DNA of 38,852 bases from a virus (Duplodnaviria; Caudoviricetes): IMG/VR virus record IMGVR_UViG_3300016471_000302, positions 1 to 38,852 of that record; one strand, 5' to 3'. How positions within the stretch are numbered: position 1 is the stretch's first letter; every line of letters starts with the position of its first letter. The translations under genes and the position numbers were made by a program. The notes beneath the pieces were generated by a model. The model worked only from the letters and a program-made list of their open reading frames with translations. It ran no database searches and was not told where the DNA came from. Positions 18,625 through 26,735 of this stretch are shown here, piece after piece.

Positions 18625-20476
18625 TGGGTACCTCCTCTGGTGCCGGTGCCTGCTGGGCCTCCGGCGGCTGAGCCGCTGCCTGCGCTTCCGCCTGAGCCGC
18701 TCGGGCCTCGGCCTGCATCTGCGCAATCAGCGCCTCAATCTTCGCCAAGTACTCGTCGAGCGCCGCGATGCGGTCATCGGGCACGCCGTCGACACGAGCC
18801 TTGTTGTAATGCTTGCGAGCGCGGTCGTAGGCCACGTCGAGAAGCAGTCGCTTGTCGGGATCTGGGTACTCCAGACCACGAAGGATGAGCGAACACGCCT
18901 TGTCGACCACGTCGATGTCCGCCGTTTCCAGGTCACGCGTCGACTCGACATCCGGGATGTTGAGCATGTTGGCGACGACGCGGCGGTCGGTGATGATCTT
19001 GCGGTCGACGAGCTCCAGGGTCTCCTGAAGCAGCGCAGCCTTGCTCTGCGAGAGCGCCGAGATGGGCTCGCAGCGGAGCGTGTACTCCTTGCGGTCCATC
19101 TTCACGTCCGACCAGTTGATGCGCTCAAGCGCACCCTGGCCAGGAGCGAGAATCTCGACGTCTTCGCCGTTCTCCGCTGCTTCCTCGCAGGCATCGACGA
19201 TGAGCCAGCCAAGGTCCACGTGGAACTGACGCACAGCCTCGTGCGCGACACGGAAACGCGAGTCTTCCATGTCGTCGTACACGCGAAGCGCGTGACCGGA
19301 CGCCTGGCGGAGCCCAGCCGGCAGGAGCGACTGAGCGGAGAGCTCGGAAATGCCCTGATAGCGCAGCATGTTCTGCGCGATCATGTCCTTGTACGCGTAC
19401 GTGTCCGGGTGGACCGGCTGCGGGTTGAACACGTCGGGCTTCGCGCCCTGGTATTCGATGATCGTACCGACGTCGTTGTCGATCTTGGTCTTCCCGAGCG
19501 TGCCGGCCTGCACCATGATGTGCGAGCCGCCCATCAGGTCGTGCGCGATCTGGATCTTGTTCGACAGCTTGTCGTACTCGTCTTGCGCAGCGGCGAGTTC
19601 GAGCGCCATCGACGGCCCGTAGAAGCCCGCGAGGTCCGTATTGAGGCGCAGGAAGCCAAATCCGAAGTTGGCGGTGCGCTTCCACGGCACCGTGGCAAGC
19701 GTCCCGGTCGAAAGGGCGATGACACGGAGGCCGTCGGTCGCATTCGGGCCGCTTGCGAGGTGCGTGGCCTCGTAAACCAGGATCTGGTCCGAGTACCGCG
19801 ACGTGTTCATGTACGTCGAGTCGTCGTCCGCAGGGCGCGGGGCCGACAAAACGGCCTTCTTGCGCTCGTTTTCGGTGCCGTAGAGCGCGTCTTCGTCGCC
19901 ACCAAACGCTTCGAGGACCACGGAGCGGTCCATGTAGCAGCGGTGGTAGAGACAGCGCGGCGTTCCGTAGCGAGACTCGGCGTCCGAGACGAGCAAATCA
20001 AAGATCGGAACGCGCTCCATCTGAATCGCGCCGTCTTGGACGTAGATCTTGCAAGCTGCGACGCCGAAAACGAGCACGTCGAGTAGGAGCTGCGGGTACG
20101 CCTTGGCATACGAAGCAGCGTAAAACGCGCCATGAAGGAACCGGTCGAGCTGCTTGGCTCGGTACCGCTGCAGAAAGTCGCCACCGACCGTCAAGGTACT
20201 CGGGAGCGGCATCTGGCGGGCCAGTTTTGCCTGCATGGTGTGGATGGCGTTCCGCGCAACGTTGAACGAGACCCGCTCGTCCCACACGTTGCGGATCGGC
20301 ATGCCGAACATTTTCAGATCGGTGCCGTAAACCTCAGCAGCGCGCGTCCACATCTGGCGACGGTACGCCGATTCGTTGCGAATCGAGTTGATCGCACCGA
20401 CTACTGCATTGGCAGGGTCCTCGTTATTCTGATGGAGGAGCCACCACGCATCGGTCGTTTCGGTGATACCGGCCAT
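18617..20476 (-). CDS. Portal protein (619 aa)
   Basis: Size, position after TerL, portal-like motifs (FNV.RN.I.T..AKL, D.L.FG....K, GFYG.S, GIS....) and a Gln/Ala tail. Confidence 0.85.
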   Translation of the reverse strand: MAGITETTDAWWLLHQNNEDPANAVVGAINSIRNESAYRRQMWTRAAEVYGTDLKMFGMPIRNVWDERVSFNVARNAIHTMQAKLARQMPLPSTLTVGGDFLQRYRAKQLDRFLHGAFYAASYAKAYPQLLLDVLVFGVAACKIYVQDGAIQMERVPIFDLLVSDAESRYGTPRCLYHRCYMDRSVVLEAFGGDEDALYGTENERKKAVLSAPRPADDDSTYMNTSRYSDQILVYEATHLASGPNATDGLRVIALSTGTLATVPWKRTANFGFGFLRLNTDLAGFYGPSMALELAAAQDEYDKLSNKIQIAHDLMGGSHIMVQAGTLGKTKIDNDVGTIIEYQGAKPDVFNPQPVHPDTYAYKDMIAQNMLRYQGISELSAQSLLPAGLRQASGHALRVYDDMEDSRFRVAHEAVRQFHVDLGWLIVDACEEAAENGEDVEILAPGQGALERINWSDVKMDRKEYTLRCEPISALSQSKAALLQETLELVDRKIITDRRVVANMLNIPDVESTRDLETADIDVVDKACSLILRGLEYPDPDKRLLLDVAYDRARKHYNKARVDGVPDDRIAALDEYLAKIEALIAQMQAEARAAQAEAQAAAQPPEAQQAPAPEEVPNV

Positions 20477-20509
20477 TCATGGGCAAGTATCCAGGTTTCC
20501 GTAAGACCC

Positions 20510-22132
20510 TCAAGGTCGAAAGCGACCGCTTCTGGCCGCGCGTTCATTTTTGCGGCGTATCTTCTTTTCAATCGGAATCCAGATCTCTCGCTCTTCCTTC
20601 GTGAGTCCCTTGTACTCGTCTTCGAAAGAGGACTGGTTCTCAGTGGGCATCTGCTCGTGCCAGCGCGTGAGCGCCATGCAGATAGCGGGAGCGTAGTCGG
20701 CGTGGCGACCGTCGCCTGATTTGGTGAGGTCGATGGTGACACCGGTCTGCGTGTACCGCTTGACCACGCGCTGCATGTCCTGCCGCACGATGGGGTCAGG
20801 CGGGAGCTCGATCTCGCCGATCTCGAACATGGTCCTGAGGGTCAGGTACCGCTTCGTACGCTCGCTCGCGGTCCACGCATGCGGGATGAGAACGAGTCCG
20901 ACCTGCGACGCAAGGTCGCGCAGCGCGTCGCCCATGTACTGGTCGCTGTCGAGGACGGTGACCTGATAGGCCTTCAGGATGTGTGCAATCTCAGCAAGCA
21001 CCGCAGCGGGGCGCAGTGGATTTACAGCACTTCCGGTCCACTGCTTGGCTAAGCAAATAACTTTTTCCTTACGCCCGGAGCCTGTCGCGACGACCAGTGT
21101 GAAACTGTTGCCACGGGTCGCAGGGTCGATAGCAGCGGTGTAGAGTGCACCGGGCCTCGGCGGTGCGACGAGTGGCTCCTTGCGAGTGGCCGAGTCGAGC
21201 ATCTGAGTCGTGAACAGAGCCTCCTCGGGATCCGCGAAGTCGGCCTCGATGTCAGTGCGGTAGATGCGCGGATCGCGCCGAGCAATCTCAAGCTTGTCAT
21301 CGGTCCAGATGAGCGGAGCCATGTCGTAGGCTGGAGCCTTCACGACGACGCAGTCGCGGCTTGGACGTCCCCATCGTTCCTTTACCAGGTCGTAGAGGAA
21401 GCCCATCGGGGCCCACGGAGAGCTGATGTAGACGAGCTGTGCATCCGGAAGGATGCGGAGCAGGACGGCGTCACGCAGATCGTTGACGGAGACGGCTGCA
21501 TCGTCTGCACCCCAGCGTGCGACCTCGTCGAGGATGACGCCGGCAGACCAGCGGGCAACGAGCGACGAGCCCGCCTTGGACGACGCTACGACCTTGATCT
21601 CGACCGGACGCCCAGACGGGTGCCGAATCATGAGCGTGTCAGCGGTAGGCGTCTCCAAGATGAGCTTGGAAAGAATGGGGGACGCCATCATGCGACCAAC
21701 GATGTGGCCGAAGACGACGTCCGCTAGGTCCTTCGATAGCGAGACGATAGAGATACGTGGGATCTCGCCTGGCCCAAGTCGGCTCAGATCGGCACGTTGT
21801 GACCAATGGACGGCAAGCGCAGCCGCCGAAAGGCTTTTTGCCGTTCGGATGCCGGATACGATGGCGAACTCGGCAGGTTTAACCGCGTCAGGAACAACCC
21901 CTCCAAACGCGCGCAGTACTCGTTCGTCGCCAGCGAGTTCAGCCAGAGGCCGACCGTCAGCCACACGAGCGATTGCCCGCTGAAGTGGAGATGCAGTAGT
22001 AAGCCCAAAGCCAAGAGGTGAAGTAAGTAGACCCTCAAAGTGGACGAGGGACTTTTCCTCAAGTTGGGCTCTAACCTGGGCTTCGAACGCCTCAAGAACC
22101 TTCTCCGCTTGTGTTCTTTCGGGGACGTCCAC
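20510..22132 (-). CDS. terL: Terminase large subunit
   Basis: Walker A-like SGIRTAKS, Walker B VILDE, coupling motif ISSP, nuclease AAIDPA and GRHAD. The start is uncertain: GTG at 22132 was chosen, but the frame is open to 22204. Confidence 0.9.
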   Translation of the reverse strand: MDVPERTQAEKVLEAFEAQVRAQLEEKSLVHFEGLLTSPLGFGLTTASPLQRAIARVADGRPLAELAGDERVLRAFGGVVPDAVKPAEFAIVSGIRTAKSLSAAALAVHWSQRADLSRLGPGEIPRISIVSLSKDLADVVFGHIVGRMMASPILSKLILETPTADTLMIRHPSGRPVEIKVVASSKAGSSLVARWSAGVILDEVARWGADDAAVSVNDLRDAVLLRILPDAQLVYISSPWAPMGFLYDLVKERWGRPSRDCVVVKAPAYDMAPLIWTDDKLEIARRDPRIYRTDIEADFADPEEALFTTQMLDSATRKEPLVAPPRPGALYTAAIDPATRGNSFTLVVATGSGRKEKVICLAKQWTGSAVNPLRPAAVLAEIAHILKAYQVTVLDSDQYMGDALRDLASQVGLVLIPHAWTASERTKRYLTLRTMFEIGEIELPPDPIVRQDMQRVVKRYTQTGVTIDLTKSGDGRHADYAPAICMALTRWHEQMPTENQSSFEDEYKGLTKEEREIWIPIEKKIRRKNERAARSGRFRP

Positions 22133-22433
22133 GACGACGGATGACGGGCTCTTCGACGGTTTCGGCTGCTTCGACGGCGTCTTGGGCGACGAGTGCGCTG
22201 ACATTCGGGTCTTCCTTCACGTCGCAGGCGGGAGCTCCGCTTCCTTCGTCTCGGGGGATGGACTTGAGCTCGACGACGTTGTCGAGGGGGACGAGGAGGT
22301 CTCCGGCACGGACGAATCCGTCTTCGAATCGAAGGTCCATGTGCTTCGGGCGGTAGAGCGTGGTCGTGATGCGCGAGGGGTCGGCGGGGTCGAAGACTCC
22401 ACGGAGGAAGATGGCGCGTTGCAACGTGAGCAT
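22092..22433 (-). CDS. Hypothetical protein with C-terminal AT-hook-like RRGRPRK (113 aa)
   Basis: ATG at 22433 with AAAGG SD; genome-typical codons. Confidence 0.6.
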   Translation of the reverse strand: MLTLQRAIFLRGVFDPADPSRITTTLYRPKHMDLRFEDGFVRAGDLLVPLDNVVELKSIPRDEGSGAPACDVKEDPNVSALVAQDAVEAAETVEEPVIRRRGRPRKNTSGEGS

Positions 22434-22669
22434 TTGATGGCCTTTGGTCGGATGACAGGGAGAAGGGCTTCGATGAATTCGATGCCCATGGACTGGGTAT
22501 GCTGGTGGTCTGGCGAGACGAAGCGGACGTACCCACTGCCGAAGGAGTGGATATGCCAGCCAAGCATGGCGGCGACGGGTTCGGCGTACTTGCGCCACGC
22601 GTCGCAGTAAGCCTTTGCGCCAGCGACCATGCGGCCACCTGGCACACGACGTTTGATGGGGTCGGTCAA
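22217..22669 (-). CDS. Hypothetical protein (150 aa; C-terminal half overlaps the next gene)
   Basis: TTGA overlap with the upstream stop; the first ~80 aa look protein-like. Confidence 0.5.
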   Translation of the reverse strand: MTDPIKRRVPGGRMVAGAKAYCDAWRKYAEPVAAMLGWHIHSFGSGYVRFVSPDHQHTQSMGIEFIEALLPVIRPKAIKCSRCNAPSSSVESSTPPTPRASRPRSTARSTWTFDSKTDSSVPETSSSPSTTSSSSSPSPETKEAELPPAT

Positions 22670-23007
22670 AGGACGCCTGCCTTATCCATGGCTTCGAGAG
22701 CCGCGCCGGAGTGAACACCGAAGGTGAAGCCTGGACCCTCGGTGACGCGCATGTCGGGACGGGTGGTGAGCGGGATGCGCTCGATGACCCAGCAGAGGCC
22801 GCGTCGCGGACCATCGGTGACCTCGACATGAGCCACATCGCCACCGGAGAAGTACTGCTTGGAGTACGGATGGGCGTAGCCACCAACAGCCGTGTTGAAG
22901 ATGGTCATGGCCATGTACAGGTCGGTGAAGATGCCGTGGATGACCGGGCGTTCTTCTGCGCTTTCGTCGATCTCCATGACGACGAAGACGTGTTTGATGA
23001 TGTTCAC
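22666..23007 (-). CDS. Hypothetical protein (113 aa)
   Basis: GTGA start/stop overlap at 23004-23007. Confidence 0.6.
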   Translation of the reverse strand: MNIIKHVFVVMEIDESAEERPVIHGIFTDLYMAMTIFNTAVGGYAHPYSKQYFSGGDVAHVEVTDGPRRGLCWVIERIPLTTRPDMRVTEGPGFTFGVHSGAALEAMDKAGVL

Positions 23008-23672
23008 GACTGGCCACCCATGGCGCACTCGTCGCAGACGGTCTCCATGACGATGTCGTCGTCACCACGGCGTACCTGCTGCTCCATCCAGCCGGTGGGC
23101 ATGGAGCGCATGGGGAACGAGGTCTTGCCGCAGGAGTCGCACTCCCACTCATCGAGCGGTCCTTGAGCGAAGCACGTATTGCACAGGGCGCGAAAGACGC
23201 CGCCATGGACTGCGGCGTTGAAGTGCCAGCCGAGCGGCTTCTCGCCGTCCGTGAGCGTCTTCTGGCCGCAACCGGCACAGAGGTACGTGTTGTCCTCGAT
23301 CATCATGGCCTTGTCGGCAGCGGCACGCATCTCCTCGACGGTGGTGGTAGGACGAGGTGGCTCACAACGAATGTTCGTGTAGCTGGTTGCCTTGAATGGC
23401 GCAGTGAAGTTGACTCGGACATGCCCGTCATTCATCGACGTGTTCCATGCCTTTTGGCGGGCGTCCTGGACGGAGCGGGAGTGACCCTCGGCGAGGAAGC
23501 TCATGACCTCGCGGTTGATGGCGATGGCTTCGAGAGTGTGGCCGGTGCGGGCGAGTTCGATGACGCAGTCGAGCAGGTCACTGAGGCGCGTGAGCGAGAC
23601 GGTGTCATCGCGCAGCGTGGCGCACAACTGGCACACGAGCTCGTGCACGTTGTCGAGTTGCTTCTTCTTCAT
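23004..23672 (-). CDS. Hypothetical protein with a C-terminal double zinc ribbon (222 aa)
   Basis: GGAGGAACC-ATG at 23672; CAGC, CNTC, CDSC and CDEC motifs. Confidence 0.7.
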   Translation of the reverse strand: MKKKQLDNVHELVCQLCATLRDDTVSLTRLSDLLDCVIELARTGHTLEAIAINREVMSFLAEGHSRSVQDARQKAWNTSMNDGHVRVNFTAPFKATSYTNIRCEPPRPTTTVEEMRAAADKAMMIEDNTYLCAGCGQKTLTDGEKPLGWHFNAAVHGGVFRALCNTCFAQGPLDEWECDSCGKTSFPMRSMPTGWMEQQVRRGDDDIVMETVCDECAMGGQS

Positions 23673-24151
23673 GGTTCCTCCGCGATGAAGACAAGCAGAG
23701 CAACGCACCCCGGTCAACAAAGATAACACGTCCAATGCAGAACACCAAGTACCGTGCAGAGTACAAGTAGGTACCGTAAGAATCCAGTGAGTGAGGTATA
23801 CGTGTTGCAGAATACAAGCAAGTGAGGCAAAGGACCCCCAGTGAGAGCCAGGAGAAACAAGAATTGTATGCGAGAGTGTCGAATCTGACTTCCATATTAC
23901 CGCCATCTGTGAGCCATTGGGAACCGCAGGGGAGGGAACAACACTGTTCGCGTGACCATCGGGCATTCCAACAGCCCGTTGGGCACCGAACGCCCTCGCG
24001 CTGGGTGCCCCAAACGCTGGGTTACGGAAAATTTTTGAGGGGGGCACCCCCCCTTAAGTCCCCCCTAAAAGTGCAGACACGGGTCGGTGCCGGTGCGATT
24101 GACCTAGCGCGTTAACAACGCGCGTTAGACGCGCTGCAGCGTCGCTGGGAG

Positions 24152-24167
24152 TGTTTCACGTGAAACG
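24152..24167. promoter_or_regulatory. parS: parS-like centromere site (ParB-binding palindrome)
   Basis: TGTTTCACGTGAAACG is 15/16 identical to the widespread chromosomal consensus TGTTTCACGTGAAACA, has a perfect 14-bp palindromic core, and is intergenic. Confidence 0.75.
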
Positions 24168-24490
24168 TTTGAGGGATGGCACGCGTGGTGCCACTTGGAG
24201 CACCTAAGAGAGTGACGCGCCAAACGATGACACCCACGCGGCACAATGCGGCCCAAATGGCACAGGTTGACTCGCATGTTCGCTTGTCGTCAACCTCGCA
24301 AAGGTTGCGATATGATATGACTTCGACGCCATGGTCGCGTAAGTGTAGGGAATCGCTGGTGAAAGAGTCGTTAAGGCGTCTTTCGAGCTTCTCGCCATGA
24401 CAGTGCTGTCATGGTTGGCATGGGATTGAGGGAATACGCTAACGCGTGCTCTGCGAGTAGAATGACGCGAGAAACACGAGGAAACGCACG

Positions 24491-24508
24491 TTGGCATGGT
24501 GCTAGCAT
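24491..24508 (+). promoter_or_regulatory. Candidate sigma-54 (-24/-12) promoter
   Basis: TTGGCATGGTGCTAGCAT has GG-N10-GC spacing and lies ~45 bp before the first rightward gene. Confidence 0.4.
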
Positions 24509-24553
24509 AGTGGTCTCCGTCAACGCGCCGAGCGGCGCTAAGGAGATGCGAAC

Positions 24554-25258
24554 ATGGGAATTCCGATCGCCGTCGTGGCTCAATCGTCGAACGTGAAAAC
24601 AGGTAACATCCCGACTGTGTGGGTAGGTCGTAACCTCGCACAATCGCGCGAATCGTGCGAGGGATGCCCGTTGCTCGCTTCTGGCGATTGTTATGCGCAG
24701 TATGGATCGCCGTCGTTCGCGATCGCCTCCGTTGCGCGTTCTGCGAAACGCGCAAAATCTTGGCGACGCTACACGATCGAACGCGCGATCGCTGGTAAGC
24801 ATCGGGATGCTCGCTTCGTTCGCTTCACTGCATTGGGCGACGCGGCACGCGCCGATCGTGACCAAGTGAAGCACGCGATCGCGGTAACGCGCGCGAACGG
24901 TCTCGCCGTCGTGGGTTACACTCACTTTCACCGTGAGCGATCGGCACAATGGTTGCGCGGCAAACTCATGGCCAGCGTGCAAAGCATCGACGAAGCACGC
25001 GACGCTAACGCGCGCGGATGGCGCGCCGCGATCGTTATGCCGCGCGATACCGTGGGCACGATACGCAATGACGACGGCTCTATTCTCGCCGTCGAATGCC
25101 CAGCGATCGCCGCGTCGCGCATGGGAAAAACCTTCACGTGTAACGATTGCGCGTCAACGAAACGCGGCGCGCTCTGCGACGCGTCGCGCGATCTCCCGAA
25201 CGTCTATTTTGCGGACCATGGTCCGCGCGCGCGCCGATCGCTCCCCGTCGTTCGTTGA
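24554..25258 (+). CDS. DUF7227/GP88-like cysteine-cluster protein (234 aa)
   Basis: S.N.KTG.IP, C..CP......CYA..G, R....GD, GYTH, CPA...TC.DC...LC motifs; AGGAG SD. Confidence 0.75.
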   Translation: MGIPIAVVAQSSNVKTGNIPTVWVGRNLAQSRESCEGCPLLASGDCYAQYGSPSFAIASVARSAKRAKSWRRYTIERAIAGKHRDARFVRFTALGDAARADRDQVKHAIAVTRANGLAVVGYTHFHRERSAQWLRGKLMASVQSIDEARDANARGWRAAIVMPRDTVGTIRNDDGSILAVECPAIAASRMGKTFTCNDCASTKRGALCDASRDLPNVYFADHGPRARRSLPVVR

Positions 25259-25358
25259 ATCCTTCGCATGCGAGCGGAAACGCTCGCCATGCGTCGACGC
25301 GGCGTGACTCATGGTCGCGTTCCGTCAACGCGTGCCTAACCCATAGAAAGCAGGAACC

Positions 25359-25547
25359 ATGCAACCCGGAACCATTCTAACCATCGGGCCCATCCCCTCG
25401 CATATGCGCGCCATGGAATCGCGTATCGTCGACGCTTTGCCGCCGCCGGTGCCCGGAACGGTGCGTTACGTATGCGCTTGCATTCTCGCCGCTTCGACGT
25501 GCTTTCTCGCTGCTTTCGCGTGGTCGCTTGTATCGGTGGCACCATGA
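25359..25547 (+). CDS. Small hypothetical membrane protein (62 aa)
   Basis: AGGAACC-ATG; C-terminal hydrophobic helix. Confidence 0.55.
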   Translation: MQPGTILTIGPIPSHMRAMESRIVDALPPPVPGTVRYVCACILAASTCFLAAFAWSLVSVAP

Positions 25548-25735
25548 CCTTGCGCGACCTTGTCCGCATTGCGGAAGACGCTGGCGACGCCCTTGACCTT
25601 GCGGAAGACGCGGCACTATCACCCGAGACCATCCACGCCGCGCGGCAATGCTACCGCGTGGCCATTGCTAACCTGCGCGCCCACCCCGACTATCACCCGT
25701 GCGCAGGCGTGCGCGTGGGTAACGACTGGGTCTGA
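25544..25735 (+). CDS. Hypothetical protein (63 aa)
   Basis: ATGA overlap at 25544-25547. Confidence 0.55.
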   Translation: MTLRDLVRIAEDAGDALDLAEDAALSPETIHAARQCYRVAIANLRAHPDYHPCAGVRVGNDWV

Positions 25736-25757
25736 TTTCCTGGGGCGCACAAAAAGA

Positions 25758-25786
25758 TTGCACCCCGGCTTCTGATCTGATACGCA
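25758..25786 (+). promoter_or_regulatory. Candidate sigma-70-type promoter
   Basis: A-tract followed by TTGCAC-17 bp-TACGCA, with TG in the extended -10 position; intergenic. Confidence 0.35.
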
Positions 25787-25850
25787 ACCAACACCGCCCC
25801 AAATTCCTGGGGTGGAACCACCCGCGCCGCGTGGCGCTTCGAGGAACCAT

Positions 25851-26156
25851 ATGCGACACCTGCCACCCATCCACGCTATCGTTGGATACACCCTCGGTCT
25901 GATTTGGGGAAACAACACCCTAGAACAATTCCTGGAGTGGACCGATCAAGAATTCCTGGAAGCACTGCCCGATGCCTGCGAAGAGCTCGGCATTCCGGTG
26001 CCAGATCTAGGTCTTGCCGCGCAAGAGTTTGAAATCCAGGGCGAAGCGTTTCGCGAACGCGCCCGCGTCGAACTGCAGCAGCAGCGCGAGAACGAAATCC
26101 AGCAAATGATCGACCGCGAAGAGTGGGAGCAACACTGGATTTGGGGGCGACTCTGA
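25851..26156 (+). CDS. Acidic hypothetical protein (101 aa)
   Basis: GAGGAACCAT-ATG; Glu-rich. Confidence 0.65.
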   Translation: MRHLPPIHAIVGYTLGLIWGNNTLEQFLEWTDQEFLEALPDACEELGIPVPDLGLAAQEFEIQGEAFRERARVELQQQRENEIQQMIDREEWEQHWIWGRL

Positions 26157-26326
26157 TGGGCCTCTTGATCCTCGCCATCGTCTTCCTCGCCGTCACTGGC
26201 CACGGGTCCGCCGCTGCGAATAGCGCGGGGGCCCTGGCCCTCTTCTCGCTGGCGAGCCCCGTAACCTGGGGCGTGCTCGCCTCCCTCGTCCTCCTATTCA
26301 CCAAGGGACCCGATGAAAAACGCTGA
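26156..26326 (+). CDS. Small two-TM membrane protein (56 aa)
   Basis: TGATG overlap; two hydrophobic segments. Confidence 0.6.
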   Translation: MGLLILAIVFLAVTGHGSAAANSAGALALFSLASPVTWGVLASLVLLFTKGPDEKR

Positions 26327-26735
26327 ACTTCACGCCGACGCATGCGCGCACGGCGAACCCGTCACCGACCTCGACGCCTTCGACCTGTACACCTCGCGCG
26401 CTTGCGAGGAACTCGGGCGCTTCATTGCCAGGAACCATTTCGGATCGGACCTTGCCCCGATCTACCTGGAGACGAAGCGCGCTAGCCTGGCGACCGTCGC
26501 CGCCGGTTTCGTGCGTCTCCGGGAATCCCGCATCATGCGCACCGCTGGGTTCCACCTGCCCACGGCTCGCCGCATGATGACCGCCGAGGTTGACCGCCTC
26601 GATAAGCTTGCAGACCGCCGGCTTTCCGGGGAGTCGACCGAGGAAGAGCACCTCGAAACCCTGGCGCTCCTGCGCCATGCCCGCGAAGAACTCAACAGCC
26701 TAATCCGCTGCCAGGTGTGGCTAAACGGCGGCTGA
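26313..26735 (+). CDS. Hypothetical protein (140 aa)
   Basis: AAGGGA SD; operon-contiguous. Confidence 0.65.
   Translation: MKNAELHADACAHGEPVTDLDAFDLYTSRACEELGRFIARNHFGSDLAPIYLETKRASLATVAAGFVRLRESRIMRTAGFHLPTARRMMTAEVDRLDKLADRRLSGESTEEEHLETLALLRHAREELNSLIRCQVWLNGG

Larger units (their letters stand above)
23673..24553. promoter_or_regulatory. Divergent control region and probable genome-terminus region
   Basis: ~880 bp with no credible ORF at the point where the coding strand switches; contains repeats, G/C runs and palindromes. Confidence 0.7.

Noticed and set aside
1546-22000. Long plus-strand ORFs (e.g. 1546..3216, 8681..10054, 15983..17632, 18809..20086)
   Set aside because: Antisense shadows of GC-rich genes, with Arg/Leu/His-rich nonsense composition and no SD.
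23690-23880. Repeats as a mini-CRISPR array
   Set aside because: The units are short, degenerate and irregularly spaced.
23673-24047. N-terminal extension of ORF 23004..24047
   Set aside because: There is a strong SD and ATG at 23672; the extension crosses the repeat-rich control region.
25737-25959. Four TTCCTGG copies as operators
   Set aside because: Two simply encode repeated FLE peptides, and the word is too short to support a claim.
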